Origin: an uncultured Bacteroidales bacterium
Lineage (GTDB): Bacteria > Bacteroidota > Bacteroidia > Bacteroidales > VadinHA17
DNA length: 64,000 nucleotides
NCBI GenBank assembly: GCA_963829255.1
Contig: CAWHIG010000012.1
Location: 23,314-87,313, forward strand
Direction of reading: 5' to 3'
The notes beneath the pieces are model-generated. The model did no database searches. It was not told the DNA's origin and saw nothing but the letters and a program-made list of their open reading frames with translations. The translations under genes and the position numbers were made by a program. Shown here one piece after another: positions 40,850 through 52,727 of the stretch (the stretch's first letter is position 1; each line of letters opens with the position of its first letter).

Positions 40850-41662
40850 TTACGGACAAACAATATTCAGCTTATTCGCATCCCAGCAATACCAATTGGC
40901 ATCTCCCAGATAATCAACAGATTTTACATGACCATTATGGGTTGTCGTATTCCATTCAATATTTACATCCGAAAACTTTACACTATTATAGTAATGAATT
41001 GTATAATAGGCATTCAGGTCGCTGGATGTTAAGCCATACTCGATAAAGCTATTTTTGAAGGAGTTGTTTTTCGTATAGGTATATTTTACGCTTCCAACTG
41101 TTGTACCGGTTTTTGTCCAGTCAATCTGAAGTATTGCTTCAGGCACCTGAGCACTTTCATACAGAATCCACTGCCCTCCGGTCCCATCGAGCAAGGAAGT
41201 ACCTTCAAACCAGAGAAATTCTGCAAAGCCACCTGTTCCCTCCCTGGTAATATACATTTTCCATTGAACATCACTGCTCCTTATAAGTCCGGTGAGCCTT
41301 GCTTTATATGTAACATTTAAGTAAGTTACATTATAACTCCATTGCCAGTTTTTTGTTGAGATATACACGGGAACCTGACTTACTGCCAGATTAAATGCAG
41401 CTACAGGAACTGCGAGATTCAGATTTATTATCACGTTCCAGACTCCTGCAACTGTTGCAGCATACTCCCAATTGCTGTTTTCTGTCCCTTTCTGGACCGA
41501 TATCAGCTCCCCTGATTTTTTCGCTGAGGTAAAATTACTGAAATCGATTACCATAGATTCCCGGGGAGGCAGAGTAGGAGCAACACCCTTATCCTTTTTA
41601 CAGTCAGTAAAAAAAGGTGCGGTAAGGATTAATATCAATGTAAGAGAAATGATCTTTTTCAT
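40850..41662 (-). CDS. hypothetical lipoprotein
   Basis: Signal peptide with lipobox FFTDC; 270 aa, beta-rich and W/Y/N/T-rich. No family recognised. Confidence 0.6.
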   Translation of the reverse strand: MKKIISLTLILILTAPFFTDCKKDKGVAPTLPPRESMVIDFSNFTSAKKSGELISVQKGTENSNWEYAATVAGVWNVIINLNLAVPVAAFNLAVSQVPVYISTKNWQWSYNVTYLNVTYKARLTGLIRSSDVQWKMYITREGTGGFAEFLWFEGTSLLDGTGGQWILYESAQVPEAILQIDWTKTGTTVGSVKYTYTKNNSFKNSFIEYGLTSSDLNAYYTIHYYNSVKFSDVNIEWNTTTHNGHVKSVDYLGDANWYCWDANKLNIVCP

Positions 41663-41970
41663 GTTATAACAGGTTAGTAATTAAAAGTAAACGATAATGG
41701 TGCAAACAAATTGCAGATAAAGTGCAAAGATATAAAGACAGAATCTAAAAACCCTGTTTTAATAATTTATTATTATACTGAATTCCCTGACAAATTGTTT
41801 CATTTATCCGGGAAAAGAAGGCAAGATAGTTTTTTAATTTAATGCAAGAAAAAGCTGTCAACGATAAGAATATATCAATCATTTTTATATTTTTGAGTTT
41901 GTTGGAGATTGTAGGGGAGAGTTGATTAAATTCTGATAGGTAAATATTTAATATTCTATATTAAATTACT

Positions 41971-43268
41971 ATGCGCAAATACTCCCTGGCAGGAAATATA
42001 AAATATTTACTTTCTCTTATTTTCCTTTCTGTTATTATTTTTCCGGCTCTGTCAAATTCACAACAGGTACCGGATACCTCGAAAGGTCAGAAAAAAGATA
42101 CAACCACGACCCAGAAAAAAGATACAACCAGAATTCAGGTAAAAGACACAACGAAAATTCAGGGGAAGGATAGCCTTAATCTTCATGCAACAGATACTGT
42201 AAAACAGGAGTTACCTGATTCAATAATCTTTAAACAGACTGTTTTTAGTGCTGAAGAGCTAATACGGGGTGAACGGCTCTTCAATGGCCTTGTCTACCTT
42301 GGAGACAAATCAATTAATTGTGCAGCTTGTCACAATACAAGCGTATCTGATACTTTGAACTGGAATCCTGATGCCCTGGAGATTTCGAGGAAGTATCTTG
42401 ACAAAAATGCCCGTGATTTAAACGGGGTGCTGCTTAAGCCTTTAGGCCAGAAAATGAAGCTGGTACATAAAGGATTTCAGCTGACGCCGAAGATATAGTA
42501 CTGATCAAAGCCTACATGGATAAATTTGTGGGAATCGGGCTAAAAAAGGATAAGCCGGTTATTACATATCTTTTATTACTTATCATTGCCTCGTTATTAT
42601 TTCTTTTGTCAACAGTTGATCTTATAATTAAAAGAATTTTTAAAAATCAGAGGATTAACTGGGTCATACTTACGATTACCGGAATTTTTATAACCTGGAT
42701 TCTTGCTGTTAATGCAATTGCATTCGGACGTTCAAAGGGATATTCACCGGCTCAGCCGATTAAATTTTCACATGCCGTTCATGCCGGACAAAACAAGACA
42801 GATTGTAACTATTGTCATTATACTGCAAAAATCAGCAAAACCGCAGGAATTCCCCCGGGCAGTGTCTGCATGAATTGCCATTTCCTTGTACGCAACGGAA
42901 CACGGTCAGGGGCAACGGAGATAGATAAAGTTTTAAAAGCTTTAGAAGATAATAAAGCTGTCCAGTGGGTAAGGATTTACAGACTTCCTGATTTTGTTTT
43001 TTTCAGTCATGAACAGCATGTAAGTGCAGGGGGAATCACCTGTGAAGCCTGTCATGGGAATGTAAAAGAAATGAACAGACTTTATCAGGTACCTGACCTG
43101 TCAATGGGATGGTGTATCAATTGTCATAAAACCAGGAAAGTAAATCTGTCAAACGAATACTATAAAACTTATTATCCGGGATTTTACGACTCTCTGAAAG
43201 CCGGGAAGATCGACAGTGTTATGGTCGCAGGTATCGGAGGCAGGGATTGCGGTAAATGTCATTACTAA
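41971..43268 (+). pseudogene. actA: alternative complex III subunit ActA (mono-heme plus penta-heme cytochrome c), one frame break
   Basis: CAACH in the first ORF. CNYCH, CMNCH, CEACH, CINCH and CGKCH in the second. The frames join as ...QLTP|EDIVLIKAYMDKF... if a G is added at 42489. Confidence 0.8.
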
Positions 43269-43293
43269 TAATAATCAATATAATTCCTAAGGG

Positions 43294-46250
43294 ATGAAAA
43301 AATATTGGAAAGATATTGAGTCAAAAAACAGTAACGGAGAAGTCAGAAGTATCGAAAAAACATCTGATGAAAATGCAATTTTCGACCTTTTTAATGAGGA
43401 AATAAAAGACATCTCCGCATCAAGAAGAGACTTTCTGAAATTGTGCGGATTCAGCTTTGCAGTATCAGCCCTTTCAGCCTGCCGGTCAAAAATATCCAAA
43501 GCAGTTCCCTATGTTATTGCTCCGAATGAGATAACACCCGGTGAGGCTCTTTATTATGCTTCAAGCTATGTTAATGGCAATGATTATTGCAGCATCATTG
43601 TAAAGACCAGGGATGGACGGCCTATTAAGATTGAGGGTAATCCTGAATCGTGTATTACCAGAGGAGGAACGAGTGCAAGAGTCCAGGCTTCAGTGCTGGA
43701 CCTGTATGACGGAGCAGATTCCGCGGACCGCTGAAAAATGGAGTATCCGCAGGATGGGAATCGCTGGATGATGAAATCATCCAGAAACTTCAGAAAATAT
43801 CAGAAGAGAAGGGACTCATAGTCCTTCTCACCCCCACAATATTCAGCCCCTCAACCGAAGCTGTAATTTCAGGGTTTCTCAGAAAATACAAAGGCTCGGA
43901 ATGGATACAGTATGATGCTATTTCATATTCTGCAATCCTTGAAGCCAATAAGATAACCTTCGGAAAGCAGGTAATTCCTGACTACCGGTTTGACAAGGCA
44001 GAAATGATATTAAGCCTTGGAGCCGATTTTCTTGGCACGTGGCTTTCTCCTACTGAATATACAAGACAATTCAGTTCCCGAAGAGATCCTGAACACGATA
44101 TGAACCACCTTATTCAGCTGGAATCCAATATTAGCCTTACCGGCAGCAATGCCGACCAAAGAATTCAGATAAAGCCATCCCAGGAACCTGCAATACTGAT
44201 GAATATTTATAAAGAGATTATGAAAGCTGTTGAAAACCGGAATTTCATGCTCCTGCTTCACCTGTTGATGTAACCGAAATATCAGAAAGCCTTCTTTCTC
44301 ACAAGGCAGATCAATTGTAATTTCAGGTTCAAATGTGAAACAGATACAACTTATTGTAAATGAGATCAACCGAATGCTGGGAAATATCGGACAGACAATA
44401 TTATTCGATTCATACCTGAGGACACACAATGCTCTTGACAGCAAGATGGAAGCTCTTGTCAGAAAGATGCAGAAAGGCAGGGTTAATGCGCTTTTAGTCT
44501 GGAATGTAAACCCTGGTTATACATGGTACAACAGAGAAGGTTTTAAGAAGGAGCTTAAAAAGGTTGGCCTGACAGTATCACTTTCAGGTTCTCCCGATGA
44601 AACCAACAATCTTGTTCAGTATATCTGTCCCGATCACCATTACCTTGAAAGCTGGAATGATGCTGAAGCAAAAAAAGAACATTTCAGTCTGATGCAACCT
44701 GCAATCAGCCCTATCTTTGATACCCGTCAGATGACCGATTCCCTGTTAAAATGGTCAGGATCGAGTTAGGATTCTATGATTTTATCAAGGATTACTGGGC
44801 TAACAATATGATGCAGCGGCAAACGGAGTTCACAGACCCGGTTTCTTTTTTTGATCACACTTTGCAAAAGGGATCTTTGAACCCGGTCCCGGGCATTGGA
44901 AAATGCGACCATGAAGAACAAATCCGCACATTTCCTTTTGATCCTCAGTCATTTAAAACTGAAGGCAGCAAAGATAAAAACAGCATTGAAGTTATACTTT
45001 ATGAAACTGTTACTGTTGGTGAGGGAGGCAGGCAAATAACCCCTGGCTCCAGGAATTACCCGATCCGGTAGCAAGGATCTGCTGGGATAATTTTGCATCA
45101 GTTCTCCTGTACAGGCAAAGGAAAATGATTTGAAGGACAGTGATATAATCAATCTTGAGGGATTGAATTACCGGTACATATTCAGCCCGGCCAGGCATAT
45201 GGCACAATCGGAATTGCCCTTGGATATGGTCGTAAAATATGTGGAAAGGTAGGTAATGGGTTGGAACAGATGTATGGCCAATGTTGTCTCTGAGGGATGG
45301 GAATATAATCTATATTGGAAAATCTGACGGTTTGTCAAAAACAGGAAAGATTTACCTCTTTGCGCAGACACAAACTCATCATAGCATGGAAGGCAGGGCA
45401 TTTGTGCGGGAAGCAGAGCTTACTGAATACAGAAAGAATCCTTCAGCCGGCAATGAACTGCATACATATAATCTTGAACATAATAAAAGTCTGTATAAGG
45501 ACAGGACATATCCTCATCATCACTGGGGAATGGCAATTGATCTCAACAAATGTACAGGATGTGCAAATGTGTTATAGCCTGCCAGGCAGAAAACAATGTT
45601 CCGGTTGTCGGAAAGGAAGAGGTACACCGGGTTCATGAAATGCAATGGATAAGGATTGACAGGTATTACACCGGCAATGAAGATAATCCGGAGGTTGTTT
45701 TTCAGCCTGTTTTATGCCAGCATTGCCAGAATGCGCCATGTGAAAATGTTTGTCCGGTTGCAGCAACAAATCATAGTTCCGAAGGTCTGAACCAGATGAT
45801 ATATAATCGTTGCTTTGGTACCCGGTACTGCAATAATAACTGTCCCTATAAAGTCAGAAGATTTAACTGGTTCAATTATACTGCTGCAGGCACACTTTCC
45901 GGCAATCTGAGGGAAAGAGGGAATGACAGGTGATCTCCGGCGGATGGTCCTTAATCCTGATGTAACTATCCGGGCACAGGGAGTCATTGAAAAATGTTCA
46001 TTCTGTATTCAGCGGATACAGGCAGCAAAGCTGAAAGCTAAAAACGAGAACGGGCGATTCCTGAAAATGAGATTCAGACAGCCTGTTCACAGAGCTGCCC
46101 GGCAAATGCAATTGTATTTGGAGATATGAATGACAAGGATAGTGAATTAGCAGGCTGATCAGCAGCGGAAGGAGATATAATCTTCTCGAGGAATTATATA
46201 CCAGGCCTTCGGTTAATTATCTGACAAAAATAAAAAACAAGATTATTTAA
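43294..46250 (+). pseudogene. actB: ACIII subunit ActB (Tat-exported molybdopterin-like plus 4Fe-4S subunit), at least 8 frame breaks
   Basis: Tat motif SRRDFLKLCGF. Collinear fragments at 43294-43734, 43731-44273, 44305-44769, 44751-45071, 45281-45577, 45550-45933 ([28 protein letters not shown]) and 45923-46129, with a tail to 46250 (...LEELYTRPSVNYLTKIKNK). Confidence 0.85.
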
Positions 46251-46268
46251 ATACCAATTCTTAATAAT

Positions 46269-47633
46269 ATGTTTCAATCTCCCCTGCGGAAGCCTTTAAT
46301 AGAAGGGACAAAAACTTACCGGAGCATTACCAGCGACATCCTTAATCCGATGATGAAAAGGCTGGTAAATATTGGTATTTGGGGATGACTTTATCCGGTC
46401 TGGCAATGATGTTTGGAGTATCATGATGTTCTGGACGGTCTGGCAGGGGATAGGAACCTGGGGAGAAAACAGAACAGTCGGCTGGGCATTTGAAATAACA
46501 ACTTTTGTCTGGTGGATCGGAATAGGACATGCCGGCACATTTATCTCAGCAATACTTCTTCTTTTCCGGCAGAAATGGAGAAACAGCATCAACCGTTCGG
46601 CTGAGGCAATGACAATCTTTGCAGTTATCTGTGCTGCACTTTTTCCTCTGATACATCTTGGGCGTCCGTTACTGACATTTTTCATTTTTCCTTACCCGAA
46701 TACACGGGGAGTATGGGTGAATTTTAATTCTCCGCTGGTATGGGATGTATTTGCAATTTCAACTTATTTTACAATTTCACTGGTATTCTGGTATGTGGGA
46801 CTGATTCCGGATATCGGAACTGTGCGCGATAAGCTTAAAAAGGGATTTAAAAAGAGCATTTATAATTTTCTGAGCTTCAGCTGGAAAGGATCTGCAAGAG
46901 ACTGGCACAGGCATGAGATCACATCAATCATGCTTGCAGCAATTGCCACTCCTCTGGTATTATCAGTACATAGTATAGTAAGTATGGACTTTGCCACATC
47001 AATACTTCCGGGCTGGCATACCACAATTTTTCCTCCTTACTTTGTTGCAGGGGCAATATTACTCCGGATTTGCAATGGTTCTGACCCTGCTGATAATTGC
47101 CAGAAAGGCAATGAAGCTCGAGGATTATATAACTGTGGAGACATGTGGAAAGCATGAATAAAATACTTATTGCTACAGGATCAATCGTGGCACTGGCATA
47201 TATGGCGGAGATATTTATTGCCTGGTATTCTGGGGATGAATATGAACATTATAATTTATGAACCGTGCAACAGGTCCTTACAACTGGGCATATCTGATAA
47301 TGATTATCTGTAATGTAGTCTCATCCCAGTTACTATGGATTAAGAACTCAGAACAACCTGGCATTTACATTCTTCCTCTCGATTGTAATAAATATCGGAA
47401 TGTGGTTCGAACGTTTTGTGATAATTGTAATTTCACTTCACAGGGACTTTCTGACATCAAGCTGGACAATGTATAAACCGACAATTGTTGAGTACGGTTT
47501 ATTGATCGGGACACTGGGGATTTTCTTCACATCATTTCTTCTCTTCATACGTGTTTTCCCGGTAATTTCAATCTTTGAAGTAAAATCAATCCTTAAAACG
47601 GGAGAAAACATAAGCATAATTCAGATTCAAGCC
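46269..47633 (+). pseudogene. actC: ACIII subunit ActC (NrfD-like quinol-binding membrane subunit), at least 3 frame breaks
   Basis: Polytopic fragments at 46269-46386, 46372-47157 ([23 protein letters not shown]), 47258-47476 and 47400-47633. Confidence 0.8.
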
Positions 47634-48079
47634 ATGAGAAAACGGAATAATATATCAATATTTTTTGATGATGAGAACCATTGCTCCAGGCTGTCAGAAA
47701 ATTGCGTGACAGTAAGGAGATCATAAATGATGTCCTGTCTCCTTTCCCGGTTCATGGACTTGATGAAGCTCTATCAATTAAGCGATCACGGATCCCGGTT
47801 GGTGGTTTTATTTTCGGTGCTCTTGGCGCAATATTGGCATTTGGTTTTCAGGCATGGGTCTTCACAGTCAGTTACCCTCTGATAATTGGCGGAAAGCCAT
47901 TTTTTGCAGCACCTGCCTTTATCCCTATAACTTTTGAATTTACCGTTCTTTTTGCAGGACTGTCGATGGTTGCTGCATTGCTGATAAGATCGAAGTTAAA
48001 ACCCGATATTAGATTTAATCCGGTTGATAAGAGAATTACTGATGACAGATTTGTAATTCTGGTTGATGCAGAAGAATAG
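47634..48079 (+). pseudogene. actD: ACIII subunit ActD (DUF3341), one frame break
   Basis: MRKRNNISIFFDDENH is in one frame and LLQAVRKLRDSKEIINDVLSPFPVHGLDEAL... in the next. The break is near 47680. Confidence 0.75.
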
Positions 48080-48156
48080 AAACGACTTGAAAAGAGTAAG
48101 ATCGCTTTTATCAGGAATTCAAACAGTAGAAATCAGATAATAAGAATACTGCAACC

Positions 48157-49317
48157 ATGGATGAACAATTTGATTTCAAAAAGAAGTACCGCAATATCCT
48201 GTTAATCTTGATGACCGGAGGTATTCTGCTTTCTTTGCGGCAATACTGATATCAAAACCCGGTGCTTCAAGGATCTGGGCAAATATACTGCTCAATAATC
48301 AATATTTATGGGCATCTCCCTGGGTGCAGCATTTTTTCTGGCTGTTCACAGGGTTTCCCAGTCGGGTTGGCATACTCTCCTCCAGAGAATACCTGATGCC
48401 ATGACAACTTTTCTTCCGGTGGCATTTGTTCTGATGCTACTTATATATTTTGGTATGCACGATCTTTACAGCTGGACGGATAATAATGTATCTGACAAGG
48501 TGATAGCAGGGAAAAGAGCCTGGCTTAATATTCCGTTTTTCTTTATCAGGATGGTATTTTATTTCGCGGGCTGGATAATCCTTACCCGGCGATGAAGAAA
48601 AATTCAGGTGCTCTTATGACTTCTTCAGATATAAAATTTCATAACCGGAAAATATTATTTGCTGGTCTTTTCCTTGTTTTTTATGGTATAACTGTTTCAG
48701 CAAGCAGCTGGGACTGGATTATGTCTCTTGATCCACATTGGTACAGCACAATTTTCGGATGGTATGTTCTGATCGGGATGTTTGTGACATCTCTGGCATT
48801 CATTACATTGCTTATATGGTTTCTAAAGAGGTTGGGGTACCTTAAATATATCAGGGCAGATCATGTTCACGACATGGCTATCCTGATGTTCTCCTTCAGT
48901 ATATTCTGGACTTACCAGTGGTTTGCTCAGTACGAGCTGATATGGTATGGACACCTTCCTGAAGAAACATCTTATTATATTACAAGAGTCCATCATTTTA
49001 AGGCTGTTTTCTTTATTAATCTTGGAGTTAATTTTATAGTTCCGTTCTTCGGTCTGATCACTTTCAGATCGAAACGGCAAATTGGCTGGGTGGCCATAAT
49101 CGCTGCTATTGTACTGGTCGGTCACTGGATAGATTACTGGCTGATGATAATGCCTGCTGCGGCAGGTGAAAAAGCAGGCATAGGCGTTCTTGAAATTTGC
49201 ATGACGATGATTTATGCCGGTTTATTCATATTTATTGTATTAAGATCTCTTTCAACCGGTCCGCTTGTTGTTAAAAATGATCCTTATCTTGAAGAAAGCC
49301 TGAATTATGAATCATGA
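48157..49317 (+). pseudogene. actF: ACIII subunit ActF-like membrane subunit, at least 2 frame breaks
   Basis: Fragments at 48157-48246, 48308-48595 and 48592-49317, all polytopic and consecutive. Confidence 0.7.
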
Positions 49318-49948
49318 AAGCTATTCAAAAATGAAAATGTCCATTGAAAAACGAATATCAATCAAAATCCTGGTTCTTCTGCTGACGGGATTAATTCTTT
49401 GGTCATGTGACAGAAAAAAGAATATGCGCGGATATGACTTTATTCCGGATATGGTTTATTCACAGGCTTATGAGACATTTTCAAAAAATCCGAATTTTAG
49501 GGACAGTGCCACAATGAGAGTTCCGGTTAGTGGAACAGTCCCCATAGGATTTACTCCTTTCAGATATACAATTGATTCGGCATCACGCATCAAGGCCGGA
49601 AAAGAGCTCCTTAATCCGTTTTTACCGACAGAGGATGTTCTTGCAAGGGGGAAGCTCATATTTACGACATTCTGCATTGGCTGCCATGGGGCTCTCGGTA
49701 AAGGTGATGGCCAGCTTTTCAGCAGCGGACTCTATCCATTAAAACCTCGGGATATTTCAGCTGCCCCGACTGCTAAGTTAAAAGATGGGCAGATATATCA
49801 TACAATCACCCTCGGATTTGGGTCTATGATGCCGCACGGAGCTCAGATAAGACCTGATGACAGGTGGAAGCTCGTCCTGTATGTAAGAGTGCTCCAGAAA
49901 GAAGCGCAGCTGGCAAAGGACACAATTCCAGCGGGGAAGTCAAAGTAG
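49307..49948 (+). CDS. mono-heme c-type cytochrome lipoprotein (ActE-like)
   Basis: Lipobox LILWSC and a single CIGCH heme motif; 213 aa, intact. Confidence 0.75.
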   Translation: MNHESYSKMKMSIEKRISIKILVLLLTGLILWSCDRKKNMRGYDFIPDMVYSQAYETFSKNPNFRDSATMRVPVSGTVPIGFTPFRYTIDSASRIKAGKELLNPFLPTEDVLARGKLIFTTFCIGCHGALGKGDGQLFSSGLYPLKPRDISAAPTAKLKDGQIYHTITLGFGSMMPHGAQIRPDDRWKLVLYVRVLQKEAQLAKDTIPAGKSK

Positions 49949-50005
49949 AATATCATTGATGGCGTGGATCTGAAATTACAATTCCGCAAAACCGATTTCG
50001 GATCT

Positions 50006-50876
50006 TTACATTATTATCCTGTCCGAAATCAACAAAACCAGTATCAGCAGAAAGTAAGAATCAAGGAATATTGAATATCTTCTGAAGTTATTATTTTCAT
50101 GCTGTATCTTCAGCAGATCAATAAATTGCCAGATCAGATAGATAGAGACCACAACGAGAATCACATTTATAACCGGGCTTTGAATAATTTCAAAATAGCA
50201 CAGGAATAGCGCTGCAACCACAGAGGAAACTACCCAGATAAATGTTAACCTTTTAATCTGTGAGCTGTTAAAGATTTCCGTAAGACTTGGAATCCCTGCC
50301 TGCTTATATTCTTCCCCATATTTCAGGATCAGAAGCCAGAAATGAGGAATTTGCCCGATAAAAAACAGAAATTCAATGAAAATAATGGGTTTATCCCATA
50401 TCCGCCACCGGCGGCTACCCATCCAATAAGCGGTGGCAATGCACCGGTAACAGCGCCAGGGACAACCGCAAAAGCAGTAATCCTTTTGGAATAAGTATAT
50501 ATCCCGTTGTACCAGATAATAGTAATCAATCCAATCAGCATTGCTTTAAGGTTCCTGCAAAATAAGTAAGTGCAATGCCTCCGATAAGATTAATAAGCAA
50601 AAAAAGTATTGCATGTTGAATCCTGATCTTTTTGAGGAAGCGGGCGATTGCATGTCCTGTTCATTTTTTTGTCCGCTTCTATTTCCTGTATCTGGTTTAG
50701 AACTGATGAGGAGATTGCCATCAGAAGAATTCCTAAACTAGTAAGAAAACTTTCGAAGAAAAATGAGGATCAAATGCAAAATAGCCGGTGAATCCTGTCA
50801 GACTTACCGGAATCATAATTTTAAGCTTTGTTAATTCCAGCCAAACCTTAAGATTATTTTCCGGTTTATTTGTCAT
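50006..50876 (-). pseudogene. ctaB: protoheme IX farnesyltransferase (heme O synthase), at least 3 frame breaks
   Basis: MTNKPENNLKVWLELTKLKIMIPV... (ATG at 50876, overlapping the coxII stop), ...[38 protein letters not shown] and [26 protein letters not shown] lie in different frames. Confidence 0.8.
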
Positions 50877-51815
50877 TAAGAGTTTTCAGGTATTCAATTA
50901 TTTTCAGAATATCATCATCACTTAAAGTGCCACGGTAACTTTGCATGAGGTTTGCAGGGAATCCTTTAGTAATATCAGCATTGGGTTCAAGAATGGATCT
51001 TTTTACGTACACGGGATCAACAGTAACCGTCACTTCTTTTCCATCTCTTAATACTACTTGTTGTGAGCCGTACAGGTTTAAATAACTGGGGCCGATCAGT
51101 TTCGTTCCGTCAGGTGTATGACATGCAAAACATCCCTGGGCCCTCATGATAGCTTCTCCTGCTGCACCAGGACCACTTCCGGTCACAACAACAGGTTTGG
51201 CGCTTTCAGCATACCAGACCTTGAATTTATCCTGTGTCATAACATTAACTGTTGAATGCATATAAGAGTGCTGCAGTCCACAATATTCAGCACAAAATAT
51301 TTTATACTTTCCTTCCATTTCTGGCAGAAACCACATAAATTTTTGTCTTCCGGGTACTATATCGGACTTTATTCTGAAATCAGGAATGAACAGACTATGA
51401 ATCACATCTAAAGAAATAAGGTTTACTTTAACAGGAGTATTCACGGGAACTACCAGATCGGGACTTTGTTTTCCATTTTCATATATGAACATGAAAACTC
51501 CACATTCTTGCAACTGCTTGTAATATTCATTGCATCTTTCGGAGGTTTGGCCGTAGGTTTCCAACCTGCCCATCCCAGATGAAACATAAACAATGCCAGT
51601 ATAACCGGAATAACTGTCCAGGTAATCTCCAGAGCAGTATTTCCTTCGATCTGTGTTGCTACCGGATTCTTCTTCTTGTTGTACCTGAAGACAAAATAGA
51701 TCATTGTAATAGTAAGCCCTATCAGAAGCAACAACGATACGCCGGCAATAAAGTAAAACGCAGTATTGTACGTTGACACATAATTTGAAGCTTCAATTCC
51801 GGTAGTTGAATACAT
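50866..51815 (-). pseudogene. cytochrome c oxidase subunit II with fused cytochrome c domain (caa3 type), frame-broken
   Basis: The N-terminal two-TM fragment (51450..51815) and the cupredoxin part (50866..51573) are in different frames. CuA motif CAEYCGLQHSYM and C-terminal CFACH. Confidence 0.85.
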
Positions 51816-51820
51816 ACAGA

Positions 51821-52100
51821 TTATCTATTGAGGTAGTCCAGAAGTGTTATAGTTATTACAGCACAAAACAGCAATATGACACCTATAACCGCTCTTGAAA
51901 ACATTTTATTTTCAAATTTAAGATGCATGAAAATGCGCAATACAAACGAGGATTTAACTGCGGCTATAATGAGGGCGATAGTAACCGTCAGTAGCACCCA
52001 GGGAAATTTGTGTAAGAGTTACAGAGGTAAGGGTAAGTGCAATTAATCCTGCCAGTACATACAGAAATGTTCTATAAGGGATTATATGAGTTTTTTTCAT
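51821..52100 (-). pseudogene. cytochrome c oxidase subunit IV-like small membrane protein, one frame break
   Basis: My translation: MKKTHIIPYRTFLYVLAGLIALTLTSVTLTQISLG..., then a shifted frame gives ...LTVTIALIIAAVKSSFVLRIFMHLKFENK.... No ORF of 60 aa or more survives. Confidence 0.6.
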
Positions 52101-52121
52101 TTTCCATAGTCTGCATCGGAT

Positions 52122-52715
52122 TCAGGTGATGAGATAAAACAGTGGAAAGAGGAAGATCCAGATGAGGTCAACAAGATGCCAGTACAATCCGCTGTTTTCA
52201 AGTAAAACATAATTTTCGGAGTTAATTTTATCTCTGAAAATTGACACTGCAATAACCGTAATAAAAACCAGTCCGATAATAATATGAAGGGCATGAAGTC
52301 CGGTCATAAAAAAGTAAAGACCATAGAACAGCACATCCCCATGACCACGCAGAGCGAGAACAGCAGATCCCGGATAGATATGTTCCTTAAGATGTTCTCC
52401 CCATTCAAAGTATTTATTTACAAGAAAAGCCAGGCCGAGAAAGATAGTTATGCCCAGAAGCAGAAGTGCGAATCTTTTGTTATTTTTCTGAAGCGCCGTT
52501 ATCGACATTGCAATTGTTGTACTGCTTATAAGAAGAATAATTGTATTGATTGTACCGATAAAAACACTTAATTCCTTAGCTGCCAGATGAAATGCGATTG
52601 GATTTCTGTACCTGTAAACGGAGTAAACAATAAAAAGCCCTCCGAACAGCAGCATTTCAGTAAACAGAAATAACCACATCCCGGTTTTAGATGTCAGATC
52701 GTCTCGGTGTGTCAC
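52122..52715 (-). CDS. cytochrome c oxidase subunit III
   Basis: 197 aa with GMWLFLFTEMLLFGGLF and HALHIIIG. Apparently intact from a GTG start. An upstream ATG at 52731 is out of frame. Confidence 0.8.
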   Translation of the reverse strand: MTHRDDLTSKTGMWLFLFTEMLLFGGLFIVYSVYRYRNPIAFHLAAKELSVFIGTINTIILLISSTTIAMSITALQKNNKRFALLLLGITIFLGLAFLVNKYFEWGEHLKEHIYPGSAVLALRGHGDVLFYGLYFFMTGLHALHIIIGLVFITVIAVSIFRDKINSENYVLLENSGLYWHLVDLIWIFLFPLFYLIT

Positions 52716-52727
52716 TAAAATCTGTAT

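Noticed and set aside
41971-42498. ORF 41971..42498 as an independent mono-heme cytochrome gene preceding ActA.
   Set aside because: Its last residues and the upstream extension of the next ORF join into a continuous ...GFQLTPEDIVLIKAYMDKF... with a single-base correction. This fits a fused N-terminal domain of Bacteroidota ActA, although a two-gene arrangement cannot be fully excluded.
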